63,983 nucleotides of DNA, filler included, from Theionarchaea archaeon (GCA_018992565.1; 5 parts of 5 records of this genome joined end to end with filler, not necessarily neighbours in it), one strand, 5' to 3'. Positions 10,965 through 22,292 are shown, counted from the whole stretch's first letter. Numbers and translations are program-made. Notes: generated from the sequence alone by a model not told the origin.

Positions 10965-13271
10965 ATGTGGTTCATGAACCTTTCCCACAGAAATCTGACC
11001 TTGCTTGATTACGCTGCTATTTCACTCATCATAGTGGAAACGGTGGTTCTGGTTCTGATGTGGGATTTTCTCCCCTCTGCAGAACTTGATACTCCCTACC
11101 ACCTCTTGATGGGGAAGATGTTCTCTGATCATGACGCCATCATGCTGTGGGACTATTATGAATATGCCCCTGCAGGAAGGCCCAACCTGTATCCTCCCCT
11201 GGAACATGTGATAGTGTGGTTGATGCATGGTGCAACAGGGGCAGAGTGGTGGGACGTTGGCCGCTTCATTTCCCTGATCCAGTACCCGCTGCCGTTGTTC
11301 ACTGTGTGGTTCTTCTCAAGAAAGCTATTTAACTCACTGACTGCTCTGGCTTCTGTGGTAGTGCTGTCCGCGACCAGCGATTTCTGGTACTGGCAGGTGT
11401 CCGTAGCTCCTACAGCATTAATCATATCACTGTATCCCCTCTTCTTATATACATTCTACAAGAAAAGAGTAATTGAGTCTATAGTGCTGCTGACTTCTTT
11501 CCTGTACCTTCACCTGGGGCTGCCGTATGTGATTATACTGAGTATGTTCATTTTCTCTGTAATCAGCCTGTACAAGACCAGGGAGTATCTGAAACAGGCA
11601 GGTATAGTCCTGGGAGCTGCTGTGCTGCTCTTTCTTCCGTGGATCATTCACATTGTCAGGTACCGGGAGTGGTTGAACGCAGGGTCGCCGGGGCAGCTTG
11701 ATGTGAGTTCTTTCTTGACAGGAGTCAACGTTGTGACATTCTTCTTTTTTATAGTTGGGGCGATCTCATGCATAGACAGAGCAAAGAAGGACCTCAAATA
11801 TGTGCTAGTACTGAGTGCTGTTGCTGGATTCCTTGTTATTGCTACGTATGGATGGCGTTACAGGATGCATTCTCCTATTATCAACTGTGTCATAACAGGT
11901 ATTGGATTTGAGACGGTTTACAGAAAAATCAGTTCTTCTGTGGTGAATTACAGAAAGGCGGGGGCTGTATTCCTGCTCCTCCTTATTCCACTTGGCACGT
12001 ACTCCCTCGTAGTGGCCCATGAGTCTCCTTTTGCTCCTGGACCCTCTCCGCAACTCCGTGTCCAGACACCTGGACTGCAGTCGTTTCAACGTCCACAGGT
12101 TCCCCAACCAGGAAATACCGATCAGGCTGCGCCTCCCGGCCTTCAGAGTAATATACAACCCCTGCAAAAGGATCAGCCCAGAAGGCCTGGCTCTTCTCTT
12201 TCTCTCCTCTCTGAGGTGACTCTCCGTGTGCAGACTTCGCCACTGCTGGATATGCTCAATTCATTGCGAACAGGCAGACGGCTGCCTCGAGTCTGGCAGA
12301 TCACCAATCCAGAAATTGACAAACTCATATCCTGGATCATTGCCAATACGTCGCCTGATGAGATTCTCCACCTGGATAATGGTATGCTTGCCGATTATCT
12401 GGCTTTGTTCACAGAGAGGAGAACAGATGCGGGAATGTACAGAGAAGTAACAGCTCCTGAGCTGCTACAGGCTGTCAGAGAAGGAAAGAAAAGTGGGATT
12501 TTCATAATTGAGCAGGGAAGGATGAGAGAACGTGGGATAACTCCAGAAATGACTGTTCTGGCGCAGTTCGGGGACTTACTGGTGATGCAGGGAACCAGAT
12601 CCCAAGAAGTCCCTCGGGAAATTCCTTTCCATTTGACAGAACTCCACATATTGTTCACCCAGCCGCAGAATATGGAGCAGTGGATAACCCTAGTCAGAGA
12701 CCTGGCTCCTCACAGGGTGTACGTGGGTGTGCAGCAGAAAGACCTTGGAACCCCCGACCTTCTCAACTTCATTACAAGGCTGTCCTCTCTTTCTGAGGTG
12801 GGACTGGCAATCACAGTGGATGATATCCACGCCCCCATGTCCCCTCCCCAAGTGGAGGCAATTCGATTACTCCTCCAACCTGAAAGGCTCTCAGTTGCCT
12901 ACGTACAATCAATACGTCAGAGCCTTGATCCTGGTACTGAGCTGGAAGTAGCCATTCTGGGACCGCCTATCTCCCAGAATTCATCACTGGTGAATACCTT
13001 GAAAGAAATTGCTCCTCTGACGAGCCGAATGGTGAGACATGTTTCGCCCAACGTAGAAGTTATCCACGCTGTTAGAGAAGAACAGGCTGTGCTCGGGATT
13101 CCCCTTTTCATCCAGATAGACATTCAACGGGGACGTTCTGCAATCACACCCCAGGAAGCCTACCTTCTCCTAGAAACAGCACACGGCATAGTCAGGAACA
13201 ACGTTATCATAGAGATTATGTATCCTCCCACTGATGTGCAGTTCATATCATTCCTGAAAGCAGTCTATTAA
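10965..13271 (+). CDS. Multi-pass membrane GT-C (AglB/STT3/PMT-like) glycosyltransferase-like protein with extra C-terminal soluble domain
   Basis: DTPYH...WDYYEYAPAGRPNLYPP early motif; about 11-12 TM helices; Pro/Gln-rich linker; WIIANTSPDEIL...RRT segment. Confidence 0.6.
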   Translation: MWFMNLSHRNLTLLDYAAISLIIVETVVLVLMWDFLPSAELDTPYHLLMGKMFSDHDAIMLWDYYEYAPAGRPNLYPPLEHVIVWLMHGATGAEWWDVGRFISLIQYPLPLFTVWFFSRKLFNSLTALASVVVLSATSDFWYWQVSVAPTALIISLYPLFLYTFYKKRVIESIVLLTSFLYLHLGLPYVIILSMFIFSVISLYKTREYLKQAGIVLGAAVLLFLPWIIHIVRYREWLNAGSPGQLDVSSFLTGVNVVTFFFFIVGAISCIDRAKKDLKYVLVLSAVAGFLVIATYGWRYRMHSPIINCVITGIGFETVYRKISSSVVNYRKAGAVFLLLLIPLGTYSLVVAHESPFAPGPSPQLRVQTPGLQSFQRPQVPQPGNTDQAAPPGLQSNIQPLQKDQPRRPGSSLSLLSEVTLRVQTSPLLDMLNSLRTGRRLPRVWQITNPEIDKLISWIIANTSPDEILHLDNGMLADYLALFTERRTDAGMYREVTAPELLQAVREGKKSGIFIIEQGRMRERGITPEMTVLAQFGDLLVMQGTRSQEVPREIPFHLTELHILFTQPQNMEQWITLVRDLAPHRVYVGVQQKDLGTPDLLNFITRLSSLSEVGLAITVDDIHAPMSPPQVEAIRLLLQPERLSVAYVQSIRQSLDPGTELEVAILGPPISQNSSLVNTLKEIAPLTSRMVRHVSPNVEVIHAVREEQAVLGIPLFIQIDIQRGRSAITPQEAYLLLETAHGIVRNNVIIEIMYPPTDVQFISFLKAVY

Positions 13272-13456
13272 GAGTAACCCAGGAACGAGGTACATATAGT
13301 ATCTCACTTTGCAGGAGGTGTGCCCCAACATTTAAAGGGTACCTCAATATGAGGATACATGGATTGTCCTTCCTCACTCTCTTCACCAGAATCCATTACC
13401 TCCACTAGTTGTCAATGGAGAGATTGCAGCCCTACTGAACTTCGGGGAGGAGTCAC

Positions 13457-15055
13457 ATGAAAGCTCTGATCTATCTGAACGTGCGCCTGCTGAAAAATAC
13501 TATAGTAGCTGCTCTTCGGAATCCTAAAGTAATCATGCCGTTTCTATTTCTGGCCACACTTCTGAGTCTTCCCATTCTCACTTTTTACTCACTGGATCTT
13601 CCCTCGTTTGCTCTCCCCTTCACAGCAAGGGGTGTAAGGACTGCGCTCTTTTCGTTTTTGACCTTCATCACATGGGCGACTGTCATTCATTCTACCACCA
13701 AGAGTACTCTCGTATTCTCTCTGTCTGAGATTGATCTTCTCTTCCCTTCTCCTCTGAAAAGGAAGACTATTCTCTTCAATCGACTCTTCATCAACTACGT
13801 GAAAATTATGGCTCAATACCTGCTCCTTGCTGGGTTAGGTCTGTTTCTGGTCTCTTCTGTCTTTGGAGTTATCATCTGGCCGCGAATTCTCTTTTTGTGG
13901 CTGGCAATCGTTTTAATTATGGTATTTGCGTCGAATTTGGGCGATCTGGTCTCCCTGGTCAGCTCTCACTATTCAGAACTCAGGAGAGCCAGGAATCGCA
14001 GGATATTCATGGGTGCAGGACTGCTCTTTCTGGGATTCCTTGCAGTACGTGCTCTGCTGGAAATAGCAAGGGGTGCACCCTTTTCTCGCGCTGTCATGGA
14101 GGTACTCAACTCCACAGTGGTGAAAACCCTCATGTATCCCATGGCAGCAGCTTCTGACGTTGCTGTGGCCTGGACCCTGACGGGCAGCATTGCTTTGAAA
14201 ATTCTGGTTCTTGTGGTTCTTTCTGGATCAAGTGTGTGGGCTGTTCTGTCTGTGGAGGCCCACTTCTACGAAGCATCAGAAGCTACCAGCAGAGAGCTGT
14301 GGGAGTCTCTCCAGAAAGCCAGGAGGCAGGAGGTGGTGGTTTCGGAATCATTTGTGAAGAAAATGCTCACCATCGCCCCTTTTGGTACAGGCTCCACTGC
14401 ACTGATCTGGAAAAACCTGGTGGGATTGCTGAGAGATATCAGGTCCCTAGTGCCCACCTTCATTATGGCTACCTTCTTTTTTTCCGTGATGGTGTTGAGG
14501 GGCGGCACCGGTAGTGAAGAGTTCTTCTTCGCATTGTTTATGTTGTTTTTCCTGATGTTCGTCACTGCGGGATACATTCGCTGGGACTTTAGAGAAGATT
14601 TAAGAAGAATAGAGATCCTTAAATTAGTTCCTGACTCAAATTTCAGAATAGTTGCTTCAGAAGTGGCTGTTCCTACCCTTTTTTCTACTGCAATTTCGTA
14701 TTTCTTTCTGGTAGTGAGTGTCTTTCTGTATAGAGGAGCAGAGCATCAGGGCATCCTGGTGGCATTCAGTGTGGTGGCTCTCCCTCTGTTTGGTGTGATT
14801 ATAGTCACACTCCTGAACCTGGCTGCACTGTACTATCCACCGCAAACGGGTAATCAGACTCTTCCGGGGATCTTGTCCATGATAGGGATGATGGCAGTAC
14901 TGACACCCTCTCTGTTAATAGGCCTGGTCCTGGTGGCTGCAGACAGGCTGTATGTGGCTCTCGGCGTGGTTTTCCTCATGAATGTAGTGATTGCAGTGGG
15001 ACTTCTCAAAGTGCTGGCCAGAAAGTATCACACATTTGACCTGACTTCCAGCTGA
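13457..15055 (+). CDS. Putative ABC exporter permease
   Basis: About 12 TM helices in two halves; EIDLLFPSPL and ALIWKNL motifs typical of putative ABC-export membrane proteins. Confidence 0.65.
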   Translation: MKALIYLNVRLLKNTIVAALRNPKVIMPFLFLATLLSLPILTFYSLDLPSFALPFTARGVRTALFSFLTFITWATVIHSTTKSTLVFSLSEIDLLFPSPLKRKTILFNRLFINYVKIMAQYLLLAGLGLFLVSSVFGVIIWPRILFLWLAIVLIMVFASNLGDLVSLVSSHYSELRRARNRRIFMGAGLLFLGFLAVRALLEIARGAPFSRAVMEVLNSTVVKTLMYPMAAASDVAVAWTLTGSIALKILVLVVLSGSSVWAVLSVEAHFYEASEATSRELWESLQKARRQEVVVSESFVKKMLTIAPFGTGSTALIWKNLVGLLRDIRSLVPTFIMATFFFSVMVLRGGTGSEEFFFALFMLFFLMFVTAGYIRWDFREDLRRIEILKLVPDSNFRIVASEVAVPTLFSTAISYFFLVVSVFLYRGAEHQGILVAFSVVALPLFGVIIVTLLNLAALYYPPQTGNQTLPGILSMIGMMAVLTPSLLIGLVLVAADRLYVALGVVFLMNVVIAVGLLKVLARKYHTFDLTSS

Positions 15056-15279
15056 GGGAGAAGGACGAACTCGATGGTTCTCAGATACATTGGTGGGCCA
15101 GGAGGAAAATACAAATTCTCAGATCGGGGGGGGGCAATCCAGCCATTCCAGCGAAAAGATCAAAAAATAGCCCATCTCCATTAACAGATAGAAGAAGCTG
15201 ATACAGTATTTTGAAGTGAATGTTGAAGAAAGATAAAATGGAATTCTGGATTTGGAAAACAAAAAAGAAAAAAAGAAAG

Positions 15280-17613
15280 TCACCTTTTCCTCCAGACTAT
15301 GAGGAAAAGAGTGCAGATGAAGAGGATAGCTAGGAAAGACCATATCTCCTGATCTTGAACAGCCATTCCACCAGCAGGTATCTCGAAGGTCTCGAGTACA
15401 GAATCATCAACATCACCATCCTCATTGAGATCTGTGCCCATCCAGCGTTCCCACACATAGTAGGTAATTGTGCCATCAAAGATGTCTGGCTCAGTTCCAA
15501 GCTTTCCAGTGCTGACTACAGCTCCTGTCCTGATGTTGTAATAGTGGATGACATTGCCCAGGATTTGTCCGTCCCCATTCAGATCCTTTTCTGCATCTTG
15601 CTCACTCACCGTAAAGGCAATGATGTCACCATATACCACAGGATAGAAGCCAGCGGCACCTGTATCCGAGATTTTCTGTGACTCCAGGTCGTAATAGCGG
15701 ATAACCACATCATCTGTGTCACCGTCGTTGTTAAGGCATTCTGAAACGAGAGATTCAGGAGTCTCGAACACAATGATGGTCTCGCAAATGTTGGCGTTCA
15801 TTCCAATAACAGGAGTAGGTGAAACAGTCTTGGTAGAAAGGTCGTAGATCTGAATCGTAGGACCGGGGGCAGCATGAAAGACGATTGTATCTTTCCATAT
15901 TGATGGTCTATCCCCTGAAATGTGTGTATCTGAGAGTATCCGAGTAGTCAAGTCGAAATAGAGAATCCTTCCCTCTGATGCAAAGGTAATGAAATTGCCG
16001 TAGACTGATGGATGGTGACCGGTTGCCCCAGTTTTTTCCACCTTGCCGGTGTCAAGGTCCAGGTACAGCACGTACGAATCCGGGGCTACAAAGGCAATAA
16101 TGTTCTGGTAGATGTCAATGGCATGAAAGCTGTCTGACACAAGCAGGTCTGTCTTTGAGACTTCTCCTGTTCTGAGATTCTTGTAGCACAGAACGATGCT
16201 GTCGGATTTTCCGCTGCTTCTCAGATTCGAATTTGGCTCTTCTGTGCCTGGAAACGCCATGAAATTTCCCCAAATAGGTGGGTCACGGTAAGTCGACTCG
16301 CTGCACAGCATGCATTCTTCGGGGTCAGGAAAAGGTTCTGTGCTGGGTTCGTAAGGAGGTATACTCGTTATAATGTCTGTAGCCTCGATGATATCAGTCA
16401 ACTCGACGCCCTTGCTCTTCAGAGGAACAGCTGACATATAGAGATTCCCCGGGGTGCTTATGACCGCTGTGCCTTTTCGTATCTCACGCAGGTTGATGGT
16501 GCCTTCTCTTGAGACTCGTATGTACACATCTTTTGTAGCTGTAATTGCTCCTCCCAGGTGCCATTCCATCGAAACCGAATTTCCAGCCGAAATGGAGACT
16601 ATGCGTGATGCTGAGATCTTCGCATTATTGCCAATGGTAACCACGCGATTTGCACTGATGACTACACCGTAGTCTGTATTAGTTCTCATGTCCTTGGTGA
16701 GTAGTTTCCTCACCTCGCTCTCAACCACTCCTTCAGAAATCACACCATCGTGAGTGATGTTTCCATGGGCCCTGATATCCACGCTACCACCAGGTCCATT
16801 CTTCTCGCACTTTCCTCCATGAATTTCCCCAGTATTCATGACGTTGTAATTGGCTTCGATTACAATACTGCCTCCACTGCCGCCCGATCTTGCGTTTCCG
16901 CCATCTATAGTGGAAGAATTTGTTATGTTTCCACCTGAAATAATGCGCACTCCTCCACCATCGCCATTCAATCCACCGTAGCCACCAGAAATCATGTGAC
17001 TGTTTGTAATACTGCCACGAGCAATGATTTCCACGTTTCCACCATGTTCATTCTCTCCGCCAATGTTCCCCTGGATGTAGCCACTGTTTGAAATGTAACC
17101 ATGTGTGGCGAAGATTGTTACACTCCCTCCCTTTGTATTCTCTTTGCCCATTCCGCCGAAAATCTCCCCACCGTTCTCAATGCATCCTCTTTCTGAACAA
17201 ATCTCAACGCTTCCCCCATCCTTTCCCATGGAACTGTCATAGCCACGTATCAGATTACCGTCGTCAATACGAATGTTCTCACAGGCTCTGATTATGATAG
17301 ACCTGCTGGACTCAGTTCCCAGGAGATTGGAATATCCAGCACCCATGATTAGGCTGTTGATCATCACTGGCCTGCCGACTGTAATATTGCCACCATTAGA
17401 TATTCTGACATTAGAACTCGCATCAGGAACTCTATTAGTACTCCAGTTTCCCGGAGTCTCCCATTTTCCATCCCCTGCATCACCAGTCCATACAACGTCA
17501 GTGCTTGACTGAGCTTCCACACGTGTCCAGGTGGCAACCACAACGGCTGCCAATAATATTGCCACAGCTATCCTCTGCAGGTTCCGAAAGCCATATTGCT
17601 TCCTTTTTTTCAA
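15280..17613 (-). CDS. Surface adhesin-like protein: Gly-rich beta-helix repeats, beta-propeller with DxNxDGD motifs, C-terminal anchor
   Basis: Signal peptide; WTGDAGDGKWETPGNWS; about six 'GGxVxIxAxGxIxNxGxIxGG' repeats; 'Y.DL.T....TG..G..P' repeats; terminal TM helix plus RKR; GGAGGTGA upstream. Confidence 0.7.
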   Translation of the reverse strand: MKKRKQYGFRNLQRIAVAILLAAVVVATWTRVEAQSSTDVVWTGDAGDGKWETPGNWSTNRVPDASSNVRISNGGNITVGRPVMINSLIMGAGYSNLLGTESSRSIIIRACENIRIDDGNLIRGYDSSMGKDGGSVEICSERGCIENGGEIFGGMGKENTKGGSVTIFATHGYISNSGYIQGNIGGENEHGGNVEIIARGSITNSHMISGGYGGLNGDGGGVRIISGGNITNSSTIDGGNARSGGSGGSIVIEANYNVMNTGEIHGGKCEKNGPGGSVDIRAHGNITHDGVISEGVVESEVRKLLTKDMRTNTDYGVVISANRVVTIGNNAKISASRIVSISAGNSVSMEWHLGGAITATKDVYIRVSREGTINLREIRKGTAVISTPGNLYMSAVPLKSKGVELTDIIEATDIITSIPPYEPSTEPFPDPEECMLCSESTYRDPPIWGNFMAFPGTEEPNSNLRSSGKSDSIVLCYKNLRTGEVSKTDLLVSDSFHAIDIYQNIIAFVAPDSYVLYLDLDTGKVEKTGATGHHPSVYGNFITFASEGRILYFDLTTRILSDTHISGDRPSIWKDTIVFHAAPGPTIQIYDLSTKTVSPTPVIGMNANICETIIVFETPESLVSECLNNDGDTDDVVIRYYDLESQKISDTGAAGFYPVVYGDIIAFTVSEQDAEKDLNGDGQILGNVIHYYNIRTGAVVSTGKLGTEPDIFDGTITYYVWERWMGTDLNEDGDVDDSVLETFEIPAGGMAVQDQEIWSFLAILFICTLFLIVWRKR

Positions 17614-17827
17614 TTCATCACCTCCATATACTTCTCCTACATCGAGAGGCTTCTTAACATTGAAGAATTTTGGGTTTGCAGGTTTTGTACAAACCTGGCA
17701 TCAATCTGAGAATGACTCTCTCCTGGCGGCTCGTGCACACTCCGCTCATAGAAGGCGAGGTTGTTCAGTTTGTAGAAGAAGTGCAGCTGTAAGCAAGGAC
17801 TGCTTTCAGAAGAACTCCGAATGCCTA

Positions 17828-18046
17828 TCATTTAATAGATATTGCATGTTGTGGGCAATGCTCCACACATTCATAACATTGTATGCAAAAGGAGGTCCAG
17901 ATGGGATCAACTACCCACTTTTCTGGATATGGCATATCGTCTTTCTCCGGGTGAATAGCAAAAACCTGGGGAGCGCAGACCTTGAGACATATTCCGCAGT
18001 ATTCCGGCTCAGAACACAGGGCGTGATCAATAGTAATCCTCATCAC
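17828..18046 (-). CDS. Ferredoxin-like 4Fe-4S protein
   Basis: C....CxxCxxxC and CxxCxxCxxxCP motifs in 72 aa. Confidence 0.85.
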   Translation of the reverse strand: MMRITIDHALCSEPEYCGICLKVCAPQVFAIHPEKDDMPYPEKWVVDPIWTSFCIQCYECVEHCPQHAISIK

Positions 18047-18540
18047 TACTCACCCTGAAGTCCAGGAATATCCTGGCGGGGAACGAGTCGAATAGCCCCC
18101 TCAGGGCACACATCCCTGCACAATCCACATCCAAAACATCGGGCGGGGTTAATATGTGCCTTCCCCATGGAATCAGAGAAATTCAATGCACCAAACTGAC
18201 AACGTGCTATACACGTCTTACATCCTACGCACGCATCATAATCCACCATGCACACATATTCAGCTTTTGAAACCACGGATACGTCAAAATCTCTCCTCAT
18301 ACGAAGCCCTGTACATGAAGGATAGTCACAGGCACATAGCCCTCCAATAAAGGGTACAGGTTCAAACCATACCGTGTGTACCCTCCCGCGAGAATTCATC
18401 TCTTTGACGAAGTCGAACGCTTGATCCACATCCAGCTTGATCACACCAGACTCTGGGATGTATCGGGGTATCCTGGTTGCGACCTCTGCCAGAACGCCAA
18501 AAGCAAGACAGTTGTATTCATCGATATTTCTGTTCATCTT
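18046..18540 (-). CDS. 4Fe-4S dicluster protein, C-terminal fragment (5' end in gap)
   Basis: GLCACD..SC followed by CVGCKTCIARC and CFGCGLCRDVCP. Confidence 0.8.
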   Translation of the reverse strand, partial: KMNRNIDEYNCLAFGVLAEVATRIPRYIPESGVIKLDVDQAFDFVKEMNSRGRVHTVWFEPVPFIGGLCACDYPSCTGLRMRRDFDVSVVSKAEYVCMVDYDACVGCKTCIARCQFGALNFSDSMGKAHINPARCFGCGLCRDVCPEGAIRLVPRQDIPGLQGE

Positions 18541-18640
18541 NNNNNNNNNNNNNNNNNNNNNNNNNNNNNNNNNNNNNNNNNNNNNNNNNNNNNNNNNNNN
18601 NNNNNNNNNNNNNNNNNNNNNNNNNNNNNNNNNNNNNNNN
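18541..18640. other. Assembly gap (100 N)
   Basis: N run. Confidence 0.98.
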
Positions 18641-21042
18641 CCTCTTGCAATGAACAGCCCCAGTCCAGTCCTCCCATCCATCCTGGCATACTCTGTGCCG
18701 CTCGGCACTATGTAGAATTCCTCAAAAATCTTCTCAGAATGCTCAGGAGGAATTCCACAACCCTGGTCTATCACCATGCACTCAATCTCTTCAGGATACT
18801 CTACAAGTTTGATCAAGATTTCAGAGTCCTGAGGTGAATACCTGATTGCATTGTCAACTAAATTGCTCATCATGGTAGACAGGGCTTTCCTGTCCCCTTT
18901 CACCAGTGACAAATCACGAGGGCTTTCAATGAATACACTCTGCCTCTTGATCTCCCACAGGGGACGCAGTTGATCAACCACATCAGATGTAATCTCCAGC
19001 AGGGAAACCGGCTTTTTCTCCAGTACAAGTTTATTCTTGAGTAGCCTGGATGCAATCAACGTTTGATTTATGATATCTTCAAGCCTGCTGACACCTTCTT
19101 CCATGACCTGCATCCTCTTTTTCAATGAGTCTGATAGACGCCCATACTTCTCCAGGCTCATCATCTGTAAGTACAGTTTTAAGGTAGTAAGGGGGGTTCT
19201 CAACTCATGAGAAGCAATATCAATAAATTCAGATTTCATCTGATCCAATTCCTTCACTTCTTCCAGAGAATAGCGCAATTTAGACTCTGTATCAGATTTT
19301 GCAATAGCTATGCCCACCTGATCCAAGAAGTATTCCAGATGAGCGAAATCTGCCTCGGTGAGAGGATTCTGATGACCTAAAAATAGAACACCAATAATAT
19401 CATCTCCATATGGCAATGGAGCTACCATTATGTATGTTTCTTCATTTATCCCGATAGTATCAGATAGATCATCAGCAAGAGCCCGTATTACTGATTGCAT
19501 TTCAGGAACGGGAATCTCACTGACAAGTCCATCAATTCCTTTGAAGATGAGGCAGGCCTTTTGAGTTATTACCTTGTGGAGAGATCCATCTTCAACAATG
19601 GGATATTCAAAGTCCTGCAGAGAAATCCCTAGGGATTCCTGTACCTTTCTTTCCATCTCAGCAGTTGCCGGCAGATTAGAAAATTCCAAGAATCTCCTGG
19701 ATGGATCCAGCAAGAAAGTGAGGGCAAAGCGATAGTGGAAAATCTCCTTTATACTCCAGGAGATCTGGGTCAAGATCTCTTCCAGAGGAGCCCCTGTATT
19801 CAGCAAGGTATTGATTTTCTGGAGTGCTCGCAATTCCTGCATGGTTTTGTTAAGCTTTTCAGCCTGGAAAATGCGTTCCATGGCTCCAGAGACCATTTCC
19901 GCCACCGTCTTAATCAGGACGAAATCCTCTTCTGAGAAAACACCCTCACTGGCAACAGCCAGCATCCCCACAGTACGCCGTTCTACCACTATAGGGAAAA
20001 CCATCATTGATTCAAAGGGCAAAACTCTGGCAATATCTTTGACAACCTTGTGATGCTTCTTGCCGGCAGGGACAATCCCGGCATAGATTTCAAAAAGATC
20101 TGCTTTCACTACAGTGTATCCGGGTATGACGACATTGGAGCTTACCAGCGGTAGGGTTCCATCAAAAAAGGCGTGGTAGATGCTGTTAGCCTCTGTAAAG
20201 GGAATTCTATGCCCGTCTATGGTCCATCCAGGCGCCACTGACCCGGCCATTCGTTCCACTGTCTTCAACAAAGAGGAATCCATGTTGGTTCTGACAATGG
20301 TGGCATGAGTTTTCTTCTCAGTGAGCAGAGACATGGCTGAGAAGAATCCTCCCAGGCGATAGATGCCTTTAACGGCAGCATCCAGGACGTCGTCCCGCGA
20401 TGCGGCAAGAAATAGACTCGTGTTCAATTCTCCAAGTGCCTGCTGTTCTCTCAGTTTTCTGGCCAGCTCCCGAGTCCTCTGCTCACTTTCTGCCCGGAGC
20501 CTCATGTTCTCAAGGCATGCTGAAACCTGGTTACTGACAAGCTGGATTAAAGGAATGTCTTCCTCTGAAATCCTGTGAGAAACGGCAACCAGAATACCTG
20601 CTGATTCACCGTCTACAAGCAAAGGGACTGCTATCACGTTTTTCCCAGTAATATTCACTTCTTCTAACATGCCCATGAGTTCGGGAGGGACCAGCATGTG
20701 AAGCGACGTTCTCACGTTCTCTATAAAGAAGGGCTCTTTCTTCTTGATTATGGTCTTGTGCAGACGAGAATTCATGGCGAAAGTGCATTCCATCAGGCTC
20801 TCTGTCACCTGTTTGGGTAATCTCCTTGACTTCGTAAGATAGGCAGCTCTTCCTGATGACAAATTCCTGTCCAGTACCACAAAGACCACAAAAAAATCGA
20901 ACCGCTCAAGTTCCCGAGCCGCAACGGTGAAGACCTCTTCCTGTGTGGCGGATTGCCGAATGTAAAACCCTGCCTTATTCAGTGATTCTATCAGGTGTTG
21001 CGATTTCTTGCCAGCAGCTTTTTTCAGCACCATCACCCTCAT
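18641..21042 (-). CDS. Multi-GAF sensor histidine kinase (last residues lost in gap)
   Basis: Three GAF-like segments; H-box SHELRTPLT; N-box NLVDNAIRY; DQGCGI and GLGL boxes. Confidence 0.9.
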
Positions 21043-21360
21043 CTGTCTGTCTTACTATTTAAGTCTTTACCGCCTTCACAAGAGCACCTGGCATGCAATG
21101 CTCTCTTTGTTTCGTTTTCCTCGCAATTTGACATTACAGCTTCCGGCTCAGAATCTTAACAGGACAATCCTCGAATCTGTACTAGGAGAAGTCGGAGCCT
21201 CCTGAAAGAAAAGGTGCCAGAATGTGGTTCCTATTCCAAGTTCAGGAAAAATGAGCGAGAACAATGCCGGTCTCCTTTGGAAAATTCAAGAGAGATTGTG
21301 TTTAATATGAGAATCAACCAGCATGCTCCAGAGAGCCTGGTTTCCCTGTGGCTATCGAGA

Positions 21361-21420
21361 ACCTATATGCCTATAGTCTTCCTATATACGAATATAGTCT
21401 ATGTCGAAAAGATATATATT
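21361..21420 (+). promoter_or_regulatory. pst operon promoter with tandem CTATAT/CTATAG-like boxes before BRE/TATA
   Basis: cctatatg-cctatagtc-cctatatac-aatatagtc-ctatgtc at roughly 10-nt spacing, then GAAAAGATATATA. Confidence 0.5.
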
Positions 21421-21452
21421 GTCTGCATCGAACGGGAATCAGGTGAAGTACT

Positions 21453-22292
21453 ATGAACCTGAAAGCAGTGATTCCAGTTGCAGTCATTGTGGTTGTAATC
21501 ATCGGTGCGTATACAGGTGGACTCTTCGGAACCGGAGACCGCAGTGAAATTCAAACGCTCTCGGTGCAGGGATCCACCACTGTCCTACCCATCGTCCAGA
21601 AGGCTGCAGAAAGATACATGGACCTCCACGCAACCGTGAATATTCAGATAAGTGGTGGAGGTTCCAGTGTTGGAGTAAAATCAGCAGGGGAAGGAACAGT
21701 TGATATTGGAATGGCATCACGGGAGTTGAAAGATGCCGAGAAGAATGAGTATCCTGACCTGAAAGTCATTACAATAGCCAGGGACGGAATTGCCCTGATT
21801 GTGAACCTGTCAAATCCCATTTCTGGAGTGACTGTTGAGGAAGTAAAGGGAATCTATGATGGGACATATACGAACTGGAGCGAACTTGGCGGGGACGATG
21901 TGGACATTGTTGTGGTGGGAAGAGACAGTGCTTCTGGCACCCGGGAGTTTTTCTGGGAACATGTCATGAAGAAAGAGGATTTTGTGGCAGGAATGCTGGA
22001 GAAAAACTCTAATGGTGCAGTGAAGCAGACAATAATCCAGACTCCTGGTGCTGTGGGGTACGTTGGACTGGGATACATTGATTCCACAATCAAAGTACTC
22101 ACTGTCAAAGTGGGAGATGAGGAAGTAGAACCCACCATAGAGAATGTGAAGAATGGGTCGTATCCCATATCCAGAAATCTCTATCTCCTGGTTAAGGGCG
22201 GACCTGAAGGACTGGCAAAAGACTTCATTGATTTCATCTTGAGTGATGAAGGACAGTCAATTGTCCAGGAAGAGGGATTCGTCCCCGTGTAG
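21453..22292 (+). CDS. pstS: Phosphate ABC transporter substrate-binding protein
   Basis: GSTTVLP, GGGSSVG, DIGMASRELK, RDSASGTREFF, YPISRNLY motifs. Confidence 0.95.
   Translation: MNLKAVIPVAVIVVVIIGAYTGGLFGTGDRSEIQTLSVQGSTTVLPIVQKAAERYMDLHATVNIQISGGGSSVGVKSAGEGTVDIGMASRELKDAEKNEYPDLKVITIARDGIALIVNLSNPISGVTVEEVKGIYDGTYTNWSELGGDDVDIVVVGRDSASGTREFFWEHVMKKEDFVAGMLEKNSNGAVKQTIIQTPGAVGYVGLGYIDSTIKVLTVKVGDEEVEPTIENVKNGSYPISRNLYLLVKGGPEGLAKDFIDFILSDEGQSIVQEEGFVPV

Noticed and set aside
18046..21042. 998-aa histidine kinase-ferredoxin fusion in the ORF track
   Set aside because: The ORF is read through a 100-N gap. The two parts are most simply separate truncated genes.
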